Origin: Chthonomonadales bacterium
GTDB taxonomy: Bacteria > Armatimonadota > Chthonomonadetes > Chthonomonadales > CAJBBX01
Length of the DNA stretch: 64,000 nucleotides
Assembly (NCBI GenBank): GCA_049967475.1
Contig: JBMFSQ010000005.1
Location: forward strand, 89,246-153,245
Direction of reading: 5' to 3'
This document shows, piece by piece, positions 1 through 9,161 of this stretch. How positions within the stretch are numbered: position 1 is the stretch's first letter; each line of letters opens with the position of its first letter. Under the pieces are notes generated by a model, which had not been told where the DNA came from, searched no databases, and saw only the letters and a program-made list of their open reading frames with translations. Made by a program: the position numbers and the translations under genes.

Positions 1-1224
1 CTTTTCCGAGATTTCCCGGGCTTCCAGGGCCCAATGCCCCAAATACCCATGATGCCCCGGCAATTCAGCGTCCGCGGCACCGGATCGGGCTTCGTAGTCC
101 GTGAAGACGGGTGGATCCTTACGAACGAACACGTTGTGGGCGGCGCGGACCGCGTGATTGTGAAGCTGAGCGACGGGCGGGAACTCCCGGGAACCGTGCG
201 GGGAGATTTCCGAAGCGATCTGGCTCTGGTTAAGGTGAATGCCAGCAACCTCGTGCCCGTTGAGTTGGGCGACTCGAGCCAAGTGCATGTGGGGCAGTGG
301 GCCATCGCCTTCGGATCACCGTTCGACCTTCCAGACACGATGACCCTCGGGATCATCAGCGCACGCTCCCGCCAAGAGGTGGTAGGCGGCCCCGACGATC
401 CTGCCAGAGCCTATCCGAACTTGCTCCAGACGGATGCCGCTATCAACCCGGGTAATTCCGGCGGACCTCTGGTGGATATTCATGGCCGGGTCATCGGCGT
501 GAACGTGGCCATCGAATCGCCCAGCGGCGGAAATGTGGGCATTGGCTTCGCCATTCCTATCAACACCGCCAAAGATGTGATGAACCAGCTCATCACCCGG
601 GGCAAGGTGATCCGCGGCTTCCTGGGCGTGGTACCCAGAGCCCTTACCTATAATGAGCGCTCCCGAAACCACATCTCCCAAGGCGCCATGATCGAGTCCG
701 TGTCCGACGGCACTCCTGCGGCGCAGGCGGGCTTCCAACCTGGTGACATTGTGGTGCGGTTCAACGGACGACCGGTCTTGGATGATATTGCATTCCGCGA
801 CATGGTCGCTCATGTTGCGCCCGGCACCCGCGTAAACGTAGTGGTTCTCCGCAACGGCCGTGAGGTGACCCTTACGCCTACACTCGGCACGGCTCCAGAA
901 GGTCCGGGATCGCCTGCCACGCCCGAACAGACAGCCACGCGCAAGCTGGGTCTCGCGGTTCAGCCCATCACTCCTGATGTAGCCCGCCGGTACAATCTGG
1001 ATGGTCAGCGCTCGGGAGTGCTCGTGGTTCAGGTTCAATCGGGCAGCCCGGCAGAGGATGCCGGCGTTCAGCCCGGCGACGTGATCTTGAGTGCCAACGG
1101 GCGGCCTGTGCGCTCCGCCAACGACATCGCTGCCGCGGTGGAGGGTCTCAAGAGCGGGGACACGCTCAGTCTCGTGATCTATCGAGACAAGGCTCGCACG
1201 CTGGTGAGCATCACCATGCCGTAG
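1..1224 (+). CDS. htrA: HtrA/DegP/DegQ-family serine protease with two PDZ domains (5' truncated by window edge)
   Basis: GSGF, TNEHVV, DLAL and QTDAAINPGNSGGPL motifs, then two PDZ-like repeats; frame is open from position 1. Confidence 0.95.
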   Translation, partial: LFRDFPGFQGPMPQIPMMPRQFSVRGTGSGFVVREDGWILTNEHVVGGADRVIVKLSDGRELPGTVRGDFRSDLALVKVNASNLVPVELGDSSQVHVGQWAIAFGSPFDLPDTMTLGIISARSRQEVVGGPDDPARAYPNLLQTDAAINPGNSGGPLVDIHGRVIGVNVAIESPSGGNVGIGFAIPINTAKDVMNQLITRGKVIRGFLGVVPRALTYNERSRNHISQGAMIESVSDGTPAAQAGFQPGDIVVRFNGRPVLDDIAFRDMVAHVAPGTRVNVVVLRNGREVTLTPTLGTAPEGPGSPATPEQTATRKLGLAVQPITPDVARRYNLDGQRSGVLVVQVQSGSPAEDAGVQPGDVILSANGRPVRSANDIAAAVEGLKSGDTLSLVIYRDKARTLVSITMP

Positions 1225-1253
1225 GCGTCACGAAGCGGCAAGGAAGCATAGAA

Positions 1254-1279
1254 GAGGGCCCGGGGAACCCCGGGCCCTC
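1254..1279. terminator. Perfect GC-rich hairpin between convergent genes
   Basis: gagggcccgggg-aa-ccccgggccctc. Confidence 0.75.
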
Positions 1280-1306
1280 TATTCGTTGCCTGAACCTGCA
1301 AAAACG

Positions 1307-1519
1307 CTAGCGGTACCCGGCGCACCGAGGGCACACCGGGCCCTGTTCGATCACCATCTCCACTTCTACATCCTGGTCATCGGCGATGATATCCTCATCC
1401 TCCCCCGCATCGGCTGAGGCCGCGGTGCGCTCAACCGCCGCGCCGGGAATGGGTTTGCGCGCTATCGGTTGCCCACACTCAGGACATACCAAGATCTTCT
1501 CCACGCGTACTTTAGGCAT
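1307..1519 (-). CDS. Small zinc-ribbon protein (70 aa) with acidic linker
   Basis: MPKVRVEKILVCPECG...VCPRCAGYR; two CxxC motifs; GGAG RBS upstream of ATG at 1519. Confidence 0.75.
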   Translation of the reverse strand: MPKVRVEKILVCPECGQPIARKPIPGAAVERTAASADAGEDEDIIADDQDVEVEMVIEQGPVCPRCAGYR

Positions 1520-1577
1520 CCAAAATACTCCTTTAGCCGCCGGCAGCGGAGCCAGGACCGGCAGTGTCTGCATGGGG

Positions 1578-2054
1578 TCATTTACGGCGGGCGCTTGCAG
1601 GCGCACGCCCAGGCTTCCCGTTGAGGGAAGCAGCCCGAGCCAGCGCCGTTTTCATCTCCTTTACGAACGCCTCCGCGGGCATAGACCCCTCGATCTGGTG
1701 GAGCCTTTGCCCGCGCCCATCAAAAAAGATCACCGTGGGCAACCCCTCCACCCCGTAACGACGCGCCAACTTCATGTTCTTGTCCGTGTCTATCTTCACG
1801 GCAATCATTCTGGAAGCAAAATCCACGACCTTGTCGCTGGTGAATACTTCCCGGTCCAGCTCTTTGCATCCCCCTCACCAGGGCGCAAAGAACTCGGCCA
1901 TGACAACCTTGCGCTGTTTCGTCGCCGACGCAAAAGCCTGCGCCAGATCCTGCTGCCATGGGATGCGCTTGGGAGCCCCAAAGGCCCGGAATCCAGGCGC
2001 AGCCATAGCGATGGCGCAAACGAGCCAGCCGAACGACCTTCGACTACGTAACAC
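1578..2054 (-). CDS. Exported thioredoxin-family protein, probable selenoprotein (UxxC; in-frame TGA at 1875-1877)
   Basis: ORFs 1875..2108 and 1578..1826 are in the same frame: ...VMAEFFAPW-TGA-GGCKELDREVF...YGVEGLPTVIFFD; AAGGAGG RBS before GTG at 2054. Confidence 0.85.
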
Positions 2055-2164
2055 GGCCCGCTTCCTCCTTCCGGTTCCAATGATCCATAATGGCGACACC
2101 GGGCACACGAGGGCCGACGCTCCCCTCCGCGCCCGGTTTCCTTAGATTACCCCAACCACCCTTC

Positions 2165-4366
2165 CTAAACGCCGAACAGGTCCAGGTCGCCCTGGGCCGG
2201 GGTACTTCCCGAGCCTTTGGCTGGGCGCGGTACCAATCGGTCAAAGTCCGGGCCTATGGCCTCCCGCAGCCGACACGCGAACCGGTACAGCTTCTCCACA
2301 TACTGCGCCGTGTTCTCGTCCCTTCCGTTCATCTCGTAATCCTCGAGCCGCCCCAAAGACCCGTCCCGCCGCTCGTACACCGTTACGAATTCGCCTACGG
2401 CAACTCCGGCGGCAGCCGCAGCCAAACGCCGGTTAGACGGGCTGCTGAGGGTCTTTTCGGTGATGCGCTCCCTCCGAGCCAGCTTCTGCACGGGAATGCG
2501 ATGGGTGCGGATGGCTTGAGCCGTGTCCTGATACAGGCCGGCAATTTGCTCGGCTCGCCCCTCCAGCAAAAGCCGGATGGCCTGGGCCAGGAACTCTTTG
2601 CCGAACTCCTCATCGGCCCGGCTCCGCAGCGCCGACCCTTTGAAGATGAGGCCGCCCTCATACGTCTCTAGAACGTAATTCTTCGTCTTCAGCGACACCA
2701 TGGCTTTGTAGCGCCCATCAAAGGCCAGCCGAATTCCTTCCGGCAAAGCCGCTCCAATGCTTTCTATATAAGCGCGCTCGGCCTCCTCGCCGTCCACGGA
2801 TGGCGGCGGCGAAAAGTAGACGCCGTCGGTGTCAATCTCGATGACGGCCGCACCGCTGGCCTCGAGGCGGTCGGCTATTTGCTTCACGATGCGCCGCCCT
2901 TCCTCTGTAACCCGGGCGGCAGCGTCATAATCGTTGAAATGGAAGCCGGGTGCGCCGAGGTATCCGTAGAAGGAGTTGATCAGCACTTTAAAGGAACTCT
3001 GAAGCCCATCCCAATAGGCACGGTCCGATCCCTTGGAAGACGCCATCCTTTGCTTTGCCTGAAGCCTCCGTGCCGTAAGGGCGGAGAGTGCAGGGAGGAA
3101 CACATTGAGGACGTCCGAGGAAGGTGCGATGCCCTGGGACAGCATGATGCTCGGATAGAGGCTCTCAACGTCTGCCTTGACTACCCGCCTGATCACTCCG
3201 GTGCGCCGAACCTCCGTGTAGCCTCCGGGAAACGGGCGCGGCTCCTGGGGCGCCGGGATGGCGTGGCGCTTCGCGAGGTAGGCGCGCAGGAAGATCGCAT
3301 TGATGCGTTCCCCTGTGCCGCTTACAGCGGAACTGCTGTACGTGTCCGGAGCCATCTGCACCATGTAGAACTCCGTAGGCGTCACGAGCTCGGCCAAACG
3401 CTTCGTCTCCACCACGTCTTGGAGAGCGTACTCCCGGATGCGTGCCGGATCCTCACGAAAGAGGCGGGCCATCTGGTCCCGCGGAACTTCGATCCGGTCC
3501 GCGTGGGCAATACCCAAAGCCCGGGCTACTTCTTTGAGGCCGTAGCTACTGAGTGCCCCTCGCGCCCAATCATATCGCTGGACGCACAGGTATGTGTCCA
3601 ACACATGGCGGCCAGGGACTGCTATCGGCACGAAAGGCCGGTTCATGGCGCCGATAGCGCAATTGCGCAGGCGTTCCCGATGGGGTTCTGCGCCATTCCT
3701 CCCGATGGTCAAGGGAACCCCCAACTGTCTGGCGCGCTCCATCAGGTAGGGCAGGTCAAAACCATAAATGTTGTGGCCTTCGAGCACGTCCGGATCGCGG
3801 CGGCGCACGAGGTCCGAGAATGCTCGCAGCATGTCCGCCTCTTCACCGCTCAGGACCTCCTGCAACCCCCGATTGTCCGTCACCGCGATGAGGAGAATGC
3901 GGCCTTCCTGGGCCCGAGGATCCAGGGTCTGCGTTTCGATATCTACCTGCATCCGCACGATGTCGTCAAAACGCATTCCTTTGAAGAGGGTCTTCCCGGT
4001 GATTATGAGGGCGAGGCGGGCAGGGGTATTGGCAGTGAGGTGTTCTACGTGGTTATCGCGCAGATGCGCCAAGGCGGATCGGTATTCTTCCAGCGAGGCA
4101 AATTCATAAAGATACCGAAAGCCTTCACCCTCCAGCTCTTGGGGTTCCACACCCAGAAGGGGATTGTGCGCCCGCGTAATCAGCCAAGGCCGGAACGGTT
4201 CCTCCGTTTGCTCTACCCGGCCGTCTTCCAAACGCCGCCACACAACCATTGCGGCGTCGCCCGGTTCTACGGCAACGATGCGCGGCGTAGGGTCAGCTCC
4301 GAAAAGAACGGGATCGTAACCGTCGGAACCTGGTGGTTGCTCCATCTCGAATAGCTGTCCAGTCAT
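2165..4366 (-). CDS. polB: Family B DNA polymerase with 3'-5' exonuclease domain
   Basis: Exo motifs DIE, NIYGFD, YALQD; Pol motifs DVESLYPS, KVLINSFYG, IDTDG. Confidence 0.9.
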   Translation of the reverse strand: MTGQLFEMEQPPGSDGYDPVLFGADPTPRIVAVEPGDAAMVVWRRLEDGRVEQTEEPFRPWLITRAHNPLLGVEPQELEGEGFRYLYEFASLEEYRSALAHLRDNHVEHLTANTPARLALIITGKTLFKGMRFDDIVRMQVDIETQTLDPRAQEGRILLIAVTDNRGLQEVLSGEEADMLRAFSDLVRRRDPDVLEGHNIYGFDLPYLMERARQLGVPLTIGRNGAEPHRERLRNCAIGAMNRPFVPIAVPGRHVLDTYLCVQRYDWARGALSSYGLKEVARALGIAHADRIEVPRDQMARLFREDPARIREYALQDVVETKRLAELVTPTEFYMVQMAPDTYSSSAVSGTGERINAIFLRAYLAKRHAIPAPQEPRPFPGGYTEVRRTGVIRRVVKADVESLYPSIMLSQGIAPSSDVLNVFLPALSALTARRLQAKQRMASSKGSDRAYWDGLQSSFKVLINSFYGYLGAPGFHFNDYDAAARVTEEGRRIVKQIADRLEASGAAVIEIDTDGVYFSPPPSVDGEEAERAYIESIGAALPEGIRLAFDGRYKAMVSLKTKNYVLETYEGGLIFKGSALRSRADEEFGKEFLAQAIRLLLEGRAEQIAGLYQDTAQAIRTHRIPVQKLARRERITEKTLSSPSNRRLAAAAAGVAVGEFVTVYERRDGSLGRLEDYEMNGRDENTAQYVEKLYRFACRLREAIGPDFDRLVPRPAKGSGSTPAQGDLDLFGV

Positions 4367-4384
4367 GCGGACGTCCTTCCAGGC

Positions 4385-4906
4385 TCACTGCCCATGGGAT
4401 CCGGGCGGATCCTCTGCTTCCCCGCGGCTGCAATAGGGCGCGATCTCGGCACGTGTGAGGCATCCCTCATCAAAAGTGAGATAGCGCACCACGGCGCACG
4501 TTTGCTCCTCGGTCATGGGCACGTATCTGCCACGGCCTCGGGCATATAAGGTGGCATCTTCTCCGCGGATCTCTCCGTGGGCCTGCCAGATGCGGCGGCG
4601 CGTGTCCTGCGTCCAGCCCGTCGCCACCACCGGCGTTCCCAAGGGAAGCGGCTTCAGAAACTCCACGCACACTTCTACCGACATGCAAAAGCGCCGTGTC
4701 GCGATGCATGGAGCCCAGCCCATCGTCTCGTCCAAAAGTGCTGCGAGGACTCCGCCGTGGGTGATGCCTGCATATCCCATATGGGGCTTTTTCGGCGTGA
4801 AGTACGTCCATACTTTTTCGCCATCCGTATGGAAGCGTACAGCGAGGCCGGCCGCGTTGCGGTCGCCGCACACGAAACACAAGTGATAATTGGGCAGCTT
4901 GGGCAT
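4385..4906 (-). CDS. PaaI-family (hotdog fold) thioesterase
   Basis: CFVCGxxN and HGGVLAALLDE motifs; start placed at MPKLPNY. Confidence 0.85.
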   Translation of the reverse strand: MPKLPNYHLCFVCGDRNAAGLAVRFHTDGEKVWTYFTPKKPHMGYAGITHGGVLAALLDETMGWAPCIATRRFCMSVEVCVEFLKPLPLGTPVVATGWTQDTRRRIWQAHGEIRGEDATLYARGRGRYVPMTEEQTCAVVRYLTFDEGCLTRAEIAPYCSRGEAEDPPGSHGQ

Positions 4907-4975
4907 AGGCTTGCTGCGGCGCAGGGAAGCCGGCGATTGGGCCTTCCCCCTGCGGCGCACATGTTTCACAACGCA

Positions 4976-5001
4976 GGAACCAAACAACCAGGGCTGGCGT
5001 A
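4976..5001 (+). promoter_or_regulatory. Putative ECF-sigma promoter
   Basis: GGAAC-N17-CGTA. Confidence 0.5.
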
Positions 5002-5007
5002 TTGAAA

Positions 5008-5086
5008 AGTGCGCATGTCCTCCTTTTCACTTGAAGACCATCGCGTAGATGGCGCCCGTTCCCGCAAGGGAGCGGGCCATTTTGTT
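5008..5086 (+). ncRNA. Candidate small regulatory RNA
   Basis: Lies between an ECF-like promoter and a +strand intrinsic terminator, opposite to both flanking genes; contains UCCUCCUUUU. Confidence 0.45.
5054..5086 (+). terminator. Rho-independent terminator
   Basis: gcccgttccc-gcaa-gggagcgggc followed by cattttgtt. Confidence 0.75.
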
Positions 5087-5107
5087 ATCGCCTGCGCCCG
5101 TTGCGCA

Positions 5108-5893
5108 TCAGTGGAGGTATGATGCGCCGTTCACGTCTATTGTTATGCCCGTCAGGTAGTCGGCGGCGTCCGAAGCCAAGAACACAGCGACGTGGGCAAC
5201 ATCCTCGGGTGTCGCGATGCGCCCTACAGGGATCTCGGCCAGGATGCTCTCCCGCATCGTTTCCATTCCTTCGCGAGCCATCGCCGTCTCCACCCATCCC
5301 GGCGCGATGCCGTAGGCATAAACACCGCCTGCGGAGAGGGCGCGCGCAAGGCACCGGGTGAAGATGACCATGCCCGCTTTACTCACGGCGTAGGCGGGGG
5401 CGTCCGTCTCGCCGCGGAACGCCGCCCTCGACGCGATATTGATAATCTTGCCGCGACCCCGCGCGAGCATATGCGGCAGTATACAGTAGGTTATGTTCAC
5501 CGCACTCATGAGGTTCGTGTCCAGTGTGCGCTTCCACGCTTCCAGCCACAGGGTGTATTCCTCCATGGTGAACGGCTGCTTCTCGTAGATGCCGGCGTTG
5601 TTCACCACCACATCCAACCCGCCCAAATGCTCCAGGGAAGCATCCACCAATTTGCGGCATTCGGCTGGATCCGCTACGTCAGCCTGAATGATGCCGTGGT
5701 CCGTACCGGGAAGCGCAGCCAGCACCTCGCGGGCTGCAGCTTCGTCCCGATTGTAGTGGATCATGACGCGCACGCCGCACGCAGCCAGGGCGCGGGCGAT
5801 CGCCGCCCCAATCCCCCTCGAGGAACCGGTAACCAGAGCCGCACGGCCCGCGAGCCCCGCGTCCAGGCCGCAATGGCCCGAGAACGCCTCCAT
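5108..5893 (-). CDS. SDR family oxidoreductase (FabG-like)
   Basis: TGSSRGIG, NNAG and YAVSK motifs. Confidence 0.92.
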   Translation of the reverse strand: MEAFSGHCGLDAGLAGRAALVTGSSRGIGAAIARALAACGVRVMIHYNRDEAAAREVLAALPGTDHGIIQADVADPAECRKLVDASLEHLGGLDVVVNNAGIYEKQPFTMEEYTLWLEAWKRTLDTNLMSAVNITYCILPHMLARGRGKIINIASRAAFRGETDAPAYAVSKAGMVIFTRCLARALSAGGVYAYGIAPGWVETAMAREGMETMRESILAEIPVGRIATPEDVAHVAVFLASDAADYLTGITIDVNGASYLH

Positions 5894-5894
5894 C

Positions 5895-6614
5895 CTACAA
5901 AATCCCCGCAAGGGCTTCCCGCTGCACCTGCACGATCTGCCGGATGCCCCCTGCAGCCAAATCTAGAAGCCGGTTCAAGCGCGCCCGATCGAAGGGTGCC
6001 CCCTCAGCGGTTCCCTGTACCTCGATGAAGCGACCCTTGTCCGTCATCACGACGTTCATATCCACGGCCGCGTACCGGTCCTCATCATAGCACAGGTCAA
6101 GAACGTCTTCACCCATCACGATGCCCACGCTCACAGCCGCAACCACGTCGGAGAAGGGAAGTTTACGCAAGAAGCGTTCCTTCACCATCCATTGAGCGGC
6201 CTCAGCAAGGGCCACGAAGGCTCCAGTGACCGATGCGGTGCGCGTTCCGCCGTCCGCCTGCATCACGTCGCAATCCAGAAGGATCGTGCGCTCACCCAGG
6301 GCGGCCATGTCCACTACGGAACGGAGGCTGCGGCCCACCAACCTCTGGATCTCCACCGTCCGCCCGCCGGGCCCCTTGGTGTCGCGAGGAGTGCGCTCGC
6401 GGCAACTTCGCGGCATCATGCCGTACTCGGCCGTGACCCACCCCTGCCCGGAGCCCTTGAGGAACGGAGGCACGCGATCCTCTACGGTGGCCGTGCAGAT
6501 GACCTTGGTGTCGCCGAATTCCACCAGGCAGGACCCTTCGGCATACTTCATGAAGCCGCGCGTCAGTTTGATCGGCCGCAGTTCATCCGCGGCGCGCCCA
6601 TCGGGTCTGGGCAT
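5895..6614 (-). CDS. rph: Ribonuclease PH
   Basis: [51 protein letters not shown]. Confidence 0.97.
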   Translation of the reverse strand: MPRPDGRAADELRPIKLTRGFMKYAEGSCLVEFGDTKVICTATVEDRVPPFLKGSGQGWVTAEYGMMPRSCRERTPRDTKGPGGRTVEIQRLVGRSLRSVVDMAALGERTILLDCDVMQADGGTRTASVTGAFVALAEAAQWMVKERFLRKLPFSDVVAAVSVGIVMGEDVLDLCYDEDRYAAVDMNVVMTDKGRFIEVQGTAEGAPFDRARLNRLLDLAAGGIRQIVQVQREALAGIL

Positions 6615-6697
6615 AGCATTCCTCCTCGTGACAGAGCCCTTGGCGGCGCTTACATTAAACGACGGGCCGGCCTTTTCCTGTGTCCCCGAAGGATGCA

Positions 6698-8287
6698 TCA
6701 ATCCATGCTCACTCCGCCCCGCATCCCTACCGGAAGCCCCTTATTGAAGAACAGGAGTAGCGGCAGCACCCCCAAGAACGCAATACAGATCATCAGGAAG
6801 GCATCGTTGAACGCCATTACCGAAGCCTGCCCGTACACGGTCCCCTGCACGGCTGCCAGAGCCTGCTTATGAGCAACCGCAGGCATGGAACCCCGGCTTA
6901 CAAACGCGGCCTCCAGAGCCTTGATGCGCATGGCAGCAGCGGTGCTGTATGGGGTAATGTGCTCGAGCAGCCTCGCGTTGTGCAACACGGTACGGCGATC
7001 CAAAAAGGTAGAGAGGAAGGCGATGCCTGCACTCCCGCCGAGCTGCCTCGCCAAATTGAACAGGCCCGTACCGTAGGCCAGGTCCCGCCCTGATAAGCCC
7101 AACAGCGTAGCAAGGCTCAGGGGAATGAAGATGCATCCCAGGGCGGCGCCGCGCAGCACCAGCGGCCAGAACAGATGCTCCGGACCCGTGTCCATTGTAA
7201 GGAAGTGAAGACTGTACATGGACGCGGCGAAGAGCACGGCGCCAACGCCGGCCAGGATGCGAGGCGGGATGCGGTTGACCAGTCTCCCCACAATGGGCGT
7301 TACAAACATGGTAGCCAGGCCGCCGGGCAAGAAGATGAGCCCGGTTTGTTCGGCAGTGTAATGGCGCAGATCCTGCAGAAATACCGGCAGGATAAACACA
7401 CCTCCGTACAAGCCAAAACCCACCGCCAGCGCGAACGTCGTGCCTGCCGTAAAGCCACGGTTGCGGAGGATATGTAAGTTGACCGCCGGTTCCGGCGTGC
7501 GGAGTTCCCACCATACAAACAGCGCCAAGAAAACGACGGCGGTCACCGTCAGCCAAACGATCATCTGCGAGTCGAACCAGTCCTCTCGGTTGCCTCGCTC
7601 CAGCACGGTTTGCAGGCTCCCCAGCCCAATCGCTAAGAAACCGATGCCCATGGCATCCACCTTCCTGCGACCCGCCTGGTGGTAGCGGCTGTCTCGCAGA
7701 AAGAGGAGCACCAGCGTTGTAGCCACGATGCCGATGGGAATATTCACGAAGAAGATCCACGGCCACGTGTAGGTGTCTGTGATCCATCCCCCCAGCGTTG
7801 GCCCCACAGTGGGCGCAACGATGACGCCGATGCCGTAGATGCCCTGGATCATTCCCAACTGCTGGGGAGGAAAAACCTCCATGAGTGTGGCCTGGGCAGT
7901 AGAAATGAGAGCCGCTCCGCCAGTCCCCTGAAGCACACGAAAGAAGATGAGCTCATTGAGAGACCTGCTGGTGCCGCAGAAGAAAGAAGCCGCGGTGAAG
8001 AGCATCATGGAGGCTGCCAGGTATTTGCGCCTGCCGAACCGAGCGGAGAGCCACCCCGTAAGGGGAAGGACGATCACATTGGCAATTATGTAGCCGGTGG
8101 ACACCCATCCGATCTGGTCCAGTGTGGCCCCCAGGTTCCCCATCATATCGGGAATGGCCACATTGACGATGCTTACATCCAGCACCTCCATAATGGTGCC
8201 CAGCATTACGGACACCAGGATGATCCATCGGATCCAGCCGGTGTACTCGGCATAATCCGCCACGCTGTTTCTATTCGCAACTGCCAT
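6698..8287 (-). CDS. DHA2 (EmrB/QacA) MFS drug efflux transporter
   Basis: [41 protein letters not shown]. Confidence 0.93.
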   Translation of the reverse strand: MAVANRNSVADYAEYTGWIRWIILVSVMLGTIMEVLDVSIVNVAIPDMMGNLGATLDQIGWVSTGYIIANVIVLPLTGWLSARFGRRKYLAASMMLFTAASFFCGTSRSLNELIFFRVLQGTGGAALISTAQATLMEVFPPQQLGMIQGIYGIGVIVAPTVGPTLGGWITDTYTWPWIFFVNIPIGIVATTLVLLFLRDSRYHQAGRRKVDAMGIGFLAIGLGSLQTVLERGNREDWFDSQMIVWLTVTAVVFLALFVWWELRTPEPAVNLHILRNRGFTAGTTFALAVGFGLYGGVFILPVFLQDLRHYTAEQTGLIFLPGGLATMFVTPIVGRLVNRIPPRILAGVGAVLFAASMYSLHFLTMDTGPEHLFWPLVLRGAALGCIFIPLSLATLLGLSGRDLAYGTGLFNLARQLGGSAGIAFLSTFLDRRTVLHNARLLEHITPYSTAAAMRIKALEAAFVSRGSMPAVAHKQALAAVQGTVYGQASVMAFNDAFLMICIAFLGVLPLLLFFNKGLPVGMRGGVSMD

Positions 8288-8406
8288 AATAAACACCCTC
8301 GCCGGCCCGCAATGGGCAGCCTGCTGCCGCTGCATCCCCGGCAGGCATTGCCGCCTGCGCCCCTCCATGTGCTATAATAGCGCGTTATGACCACGGGAGG
8401 CCACGG

Positions 8407-8541
8407 ATGAAGCGAACGTACCAACCCAAGAACCGCCGCCACAAAAGGGTGCATGGATTTCTGCAGCGCATGAGCACCACGGACGGCCGCAATGTTCTAA
8501 AGCGCCGGCGGCTGAAGGGCCGCTACCGCCTCACCGTGTAG
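8407..8541 (+). CDS. rpmH: 50S ribosomal protein L34 (absent from ORF track)
   Basis: [52 protein letters not shown]. Confidence 0.98.
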   Translation: MKRTYQPKNRRHKRVHGFLQRMSTTDGRNVLKRRRLKGRYRLTV

Positions 8542-8573
8542 GCGAAGCCCGCCATCGGTTCGCCGGGATCCTC

Positions 8574-8927
8574 ATGTTGCCCAGGGCGCTGCGCCTCCGC
8601 CACAACCGAGAATTTAAGCGTGCGTATACCCGGGGTCGCTCGTATCCTCATTCGCTTATGGTCCTTTATGTGGTTCCCGGCAACCCTGGCGTAACGCGGT
8701 TCGGCTTCTCGGTGTCACGGAAACTGGGCGGTGCAGTCATCCGTAATCGCATTAGGCGCCGCCTGCGTGAAGCCTGCCGCGCCCTTTTGCCCGAAGTACG
8801 ACCGGGCTTCGACGTGGTGATCGTGGCGCGCCGAGCTGCCTCAATGGAAGGATACGCCGCACTCCGGTTTGCAATCCGTAACCTGCTCGCCAAGGCCAGG
8901 CTCCTCAATCACGAGGCGCCACCATAG
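8574..8927 (+). CDS. rnpA: Ribonuclease P protein component
   Basis: RFGFSVSRKLGGAVIRNRIRRRLRE; follows rpmH. Confidence 0.97.
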   Translation: MLPRALRLRHNREFKRAYTRGRSYPHSLMVLYVVPGNPGVTRFGFSVSRKLGGAVIRNRIRRRLREACRALLPEVRPGFDVVIVARRAASMEGYAALRFAIRNLLAKARLLNHEAPP

Positions 8928-8939
8928 TGGAACTCGGGC

Positions 8940-9146
8940 ATGCGCAGGGTATTCATCGGGTTGATACGGTTGTACCAGCGGACCAGCAGGTTCCGGCCGC
9001 CTACATGCCGCTTCACCCCATCCTGTTCGGAGTATACCGCACAGGCAATCGAGAAGTATGGCGTCCTAAAGGGGATCTGGCTCGGTGCGCGCCGCATCCT
9101 GAGATGCAACCCCTTCCATCCTGGCGGGCACGATCCCGTTCCATAA
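8940..9146 (+). CDS. yidD: Membrane protein insertion efficiency factor
   Basis: [10 protein letters not shown] and [17 protein letters not shown]. Confidence 0.97.
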   Translation: MRRVFIGLIRLYQRTSRFRPPTCRFTPSCSEYTAQAIEKYGVLKGIWLGARRILRCNPFHPGGHDPVP

Positions 9147-9161
9147 TCCGAGGATGAGTGA

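Noticed and set aside
1875..1877. Genome-wide UGA reassignment or a simple pseudogene
   Set aside because: Many genes here end normally at TGA; the only internal TGA seen falls exactly on a redox Cys with both halves intact
2879..4354. Long antisense or overlapping ORFs (also 21735-23081, 27335-28612, 29225-30409, 38424-39560)
   Set aside because: Shadow ORFs of real genes in high-GC DNA with no motifs of their own
8290..8400. oriC upstream of rpmH
   Set aside because: No DnaA boxes, AT-rich unwinding element or dnaA seen
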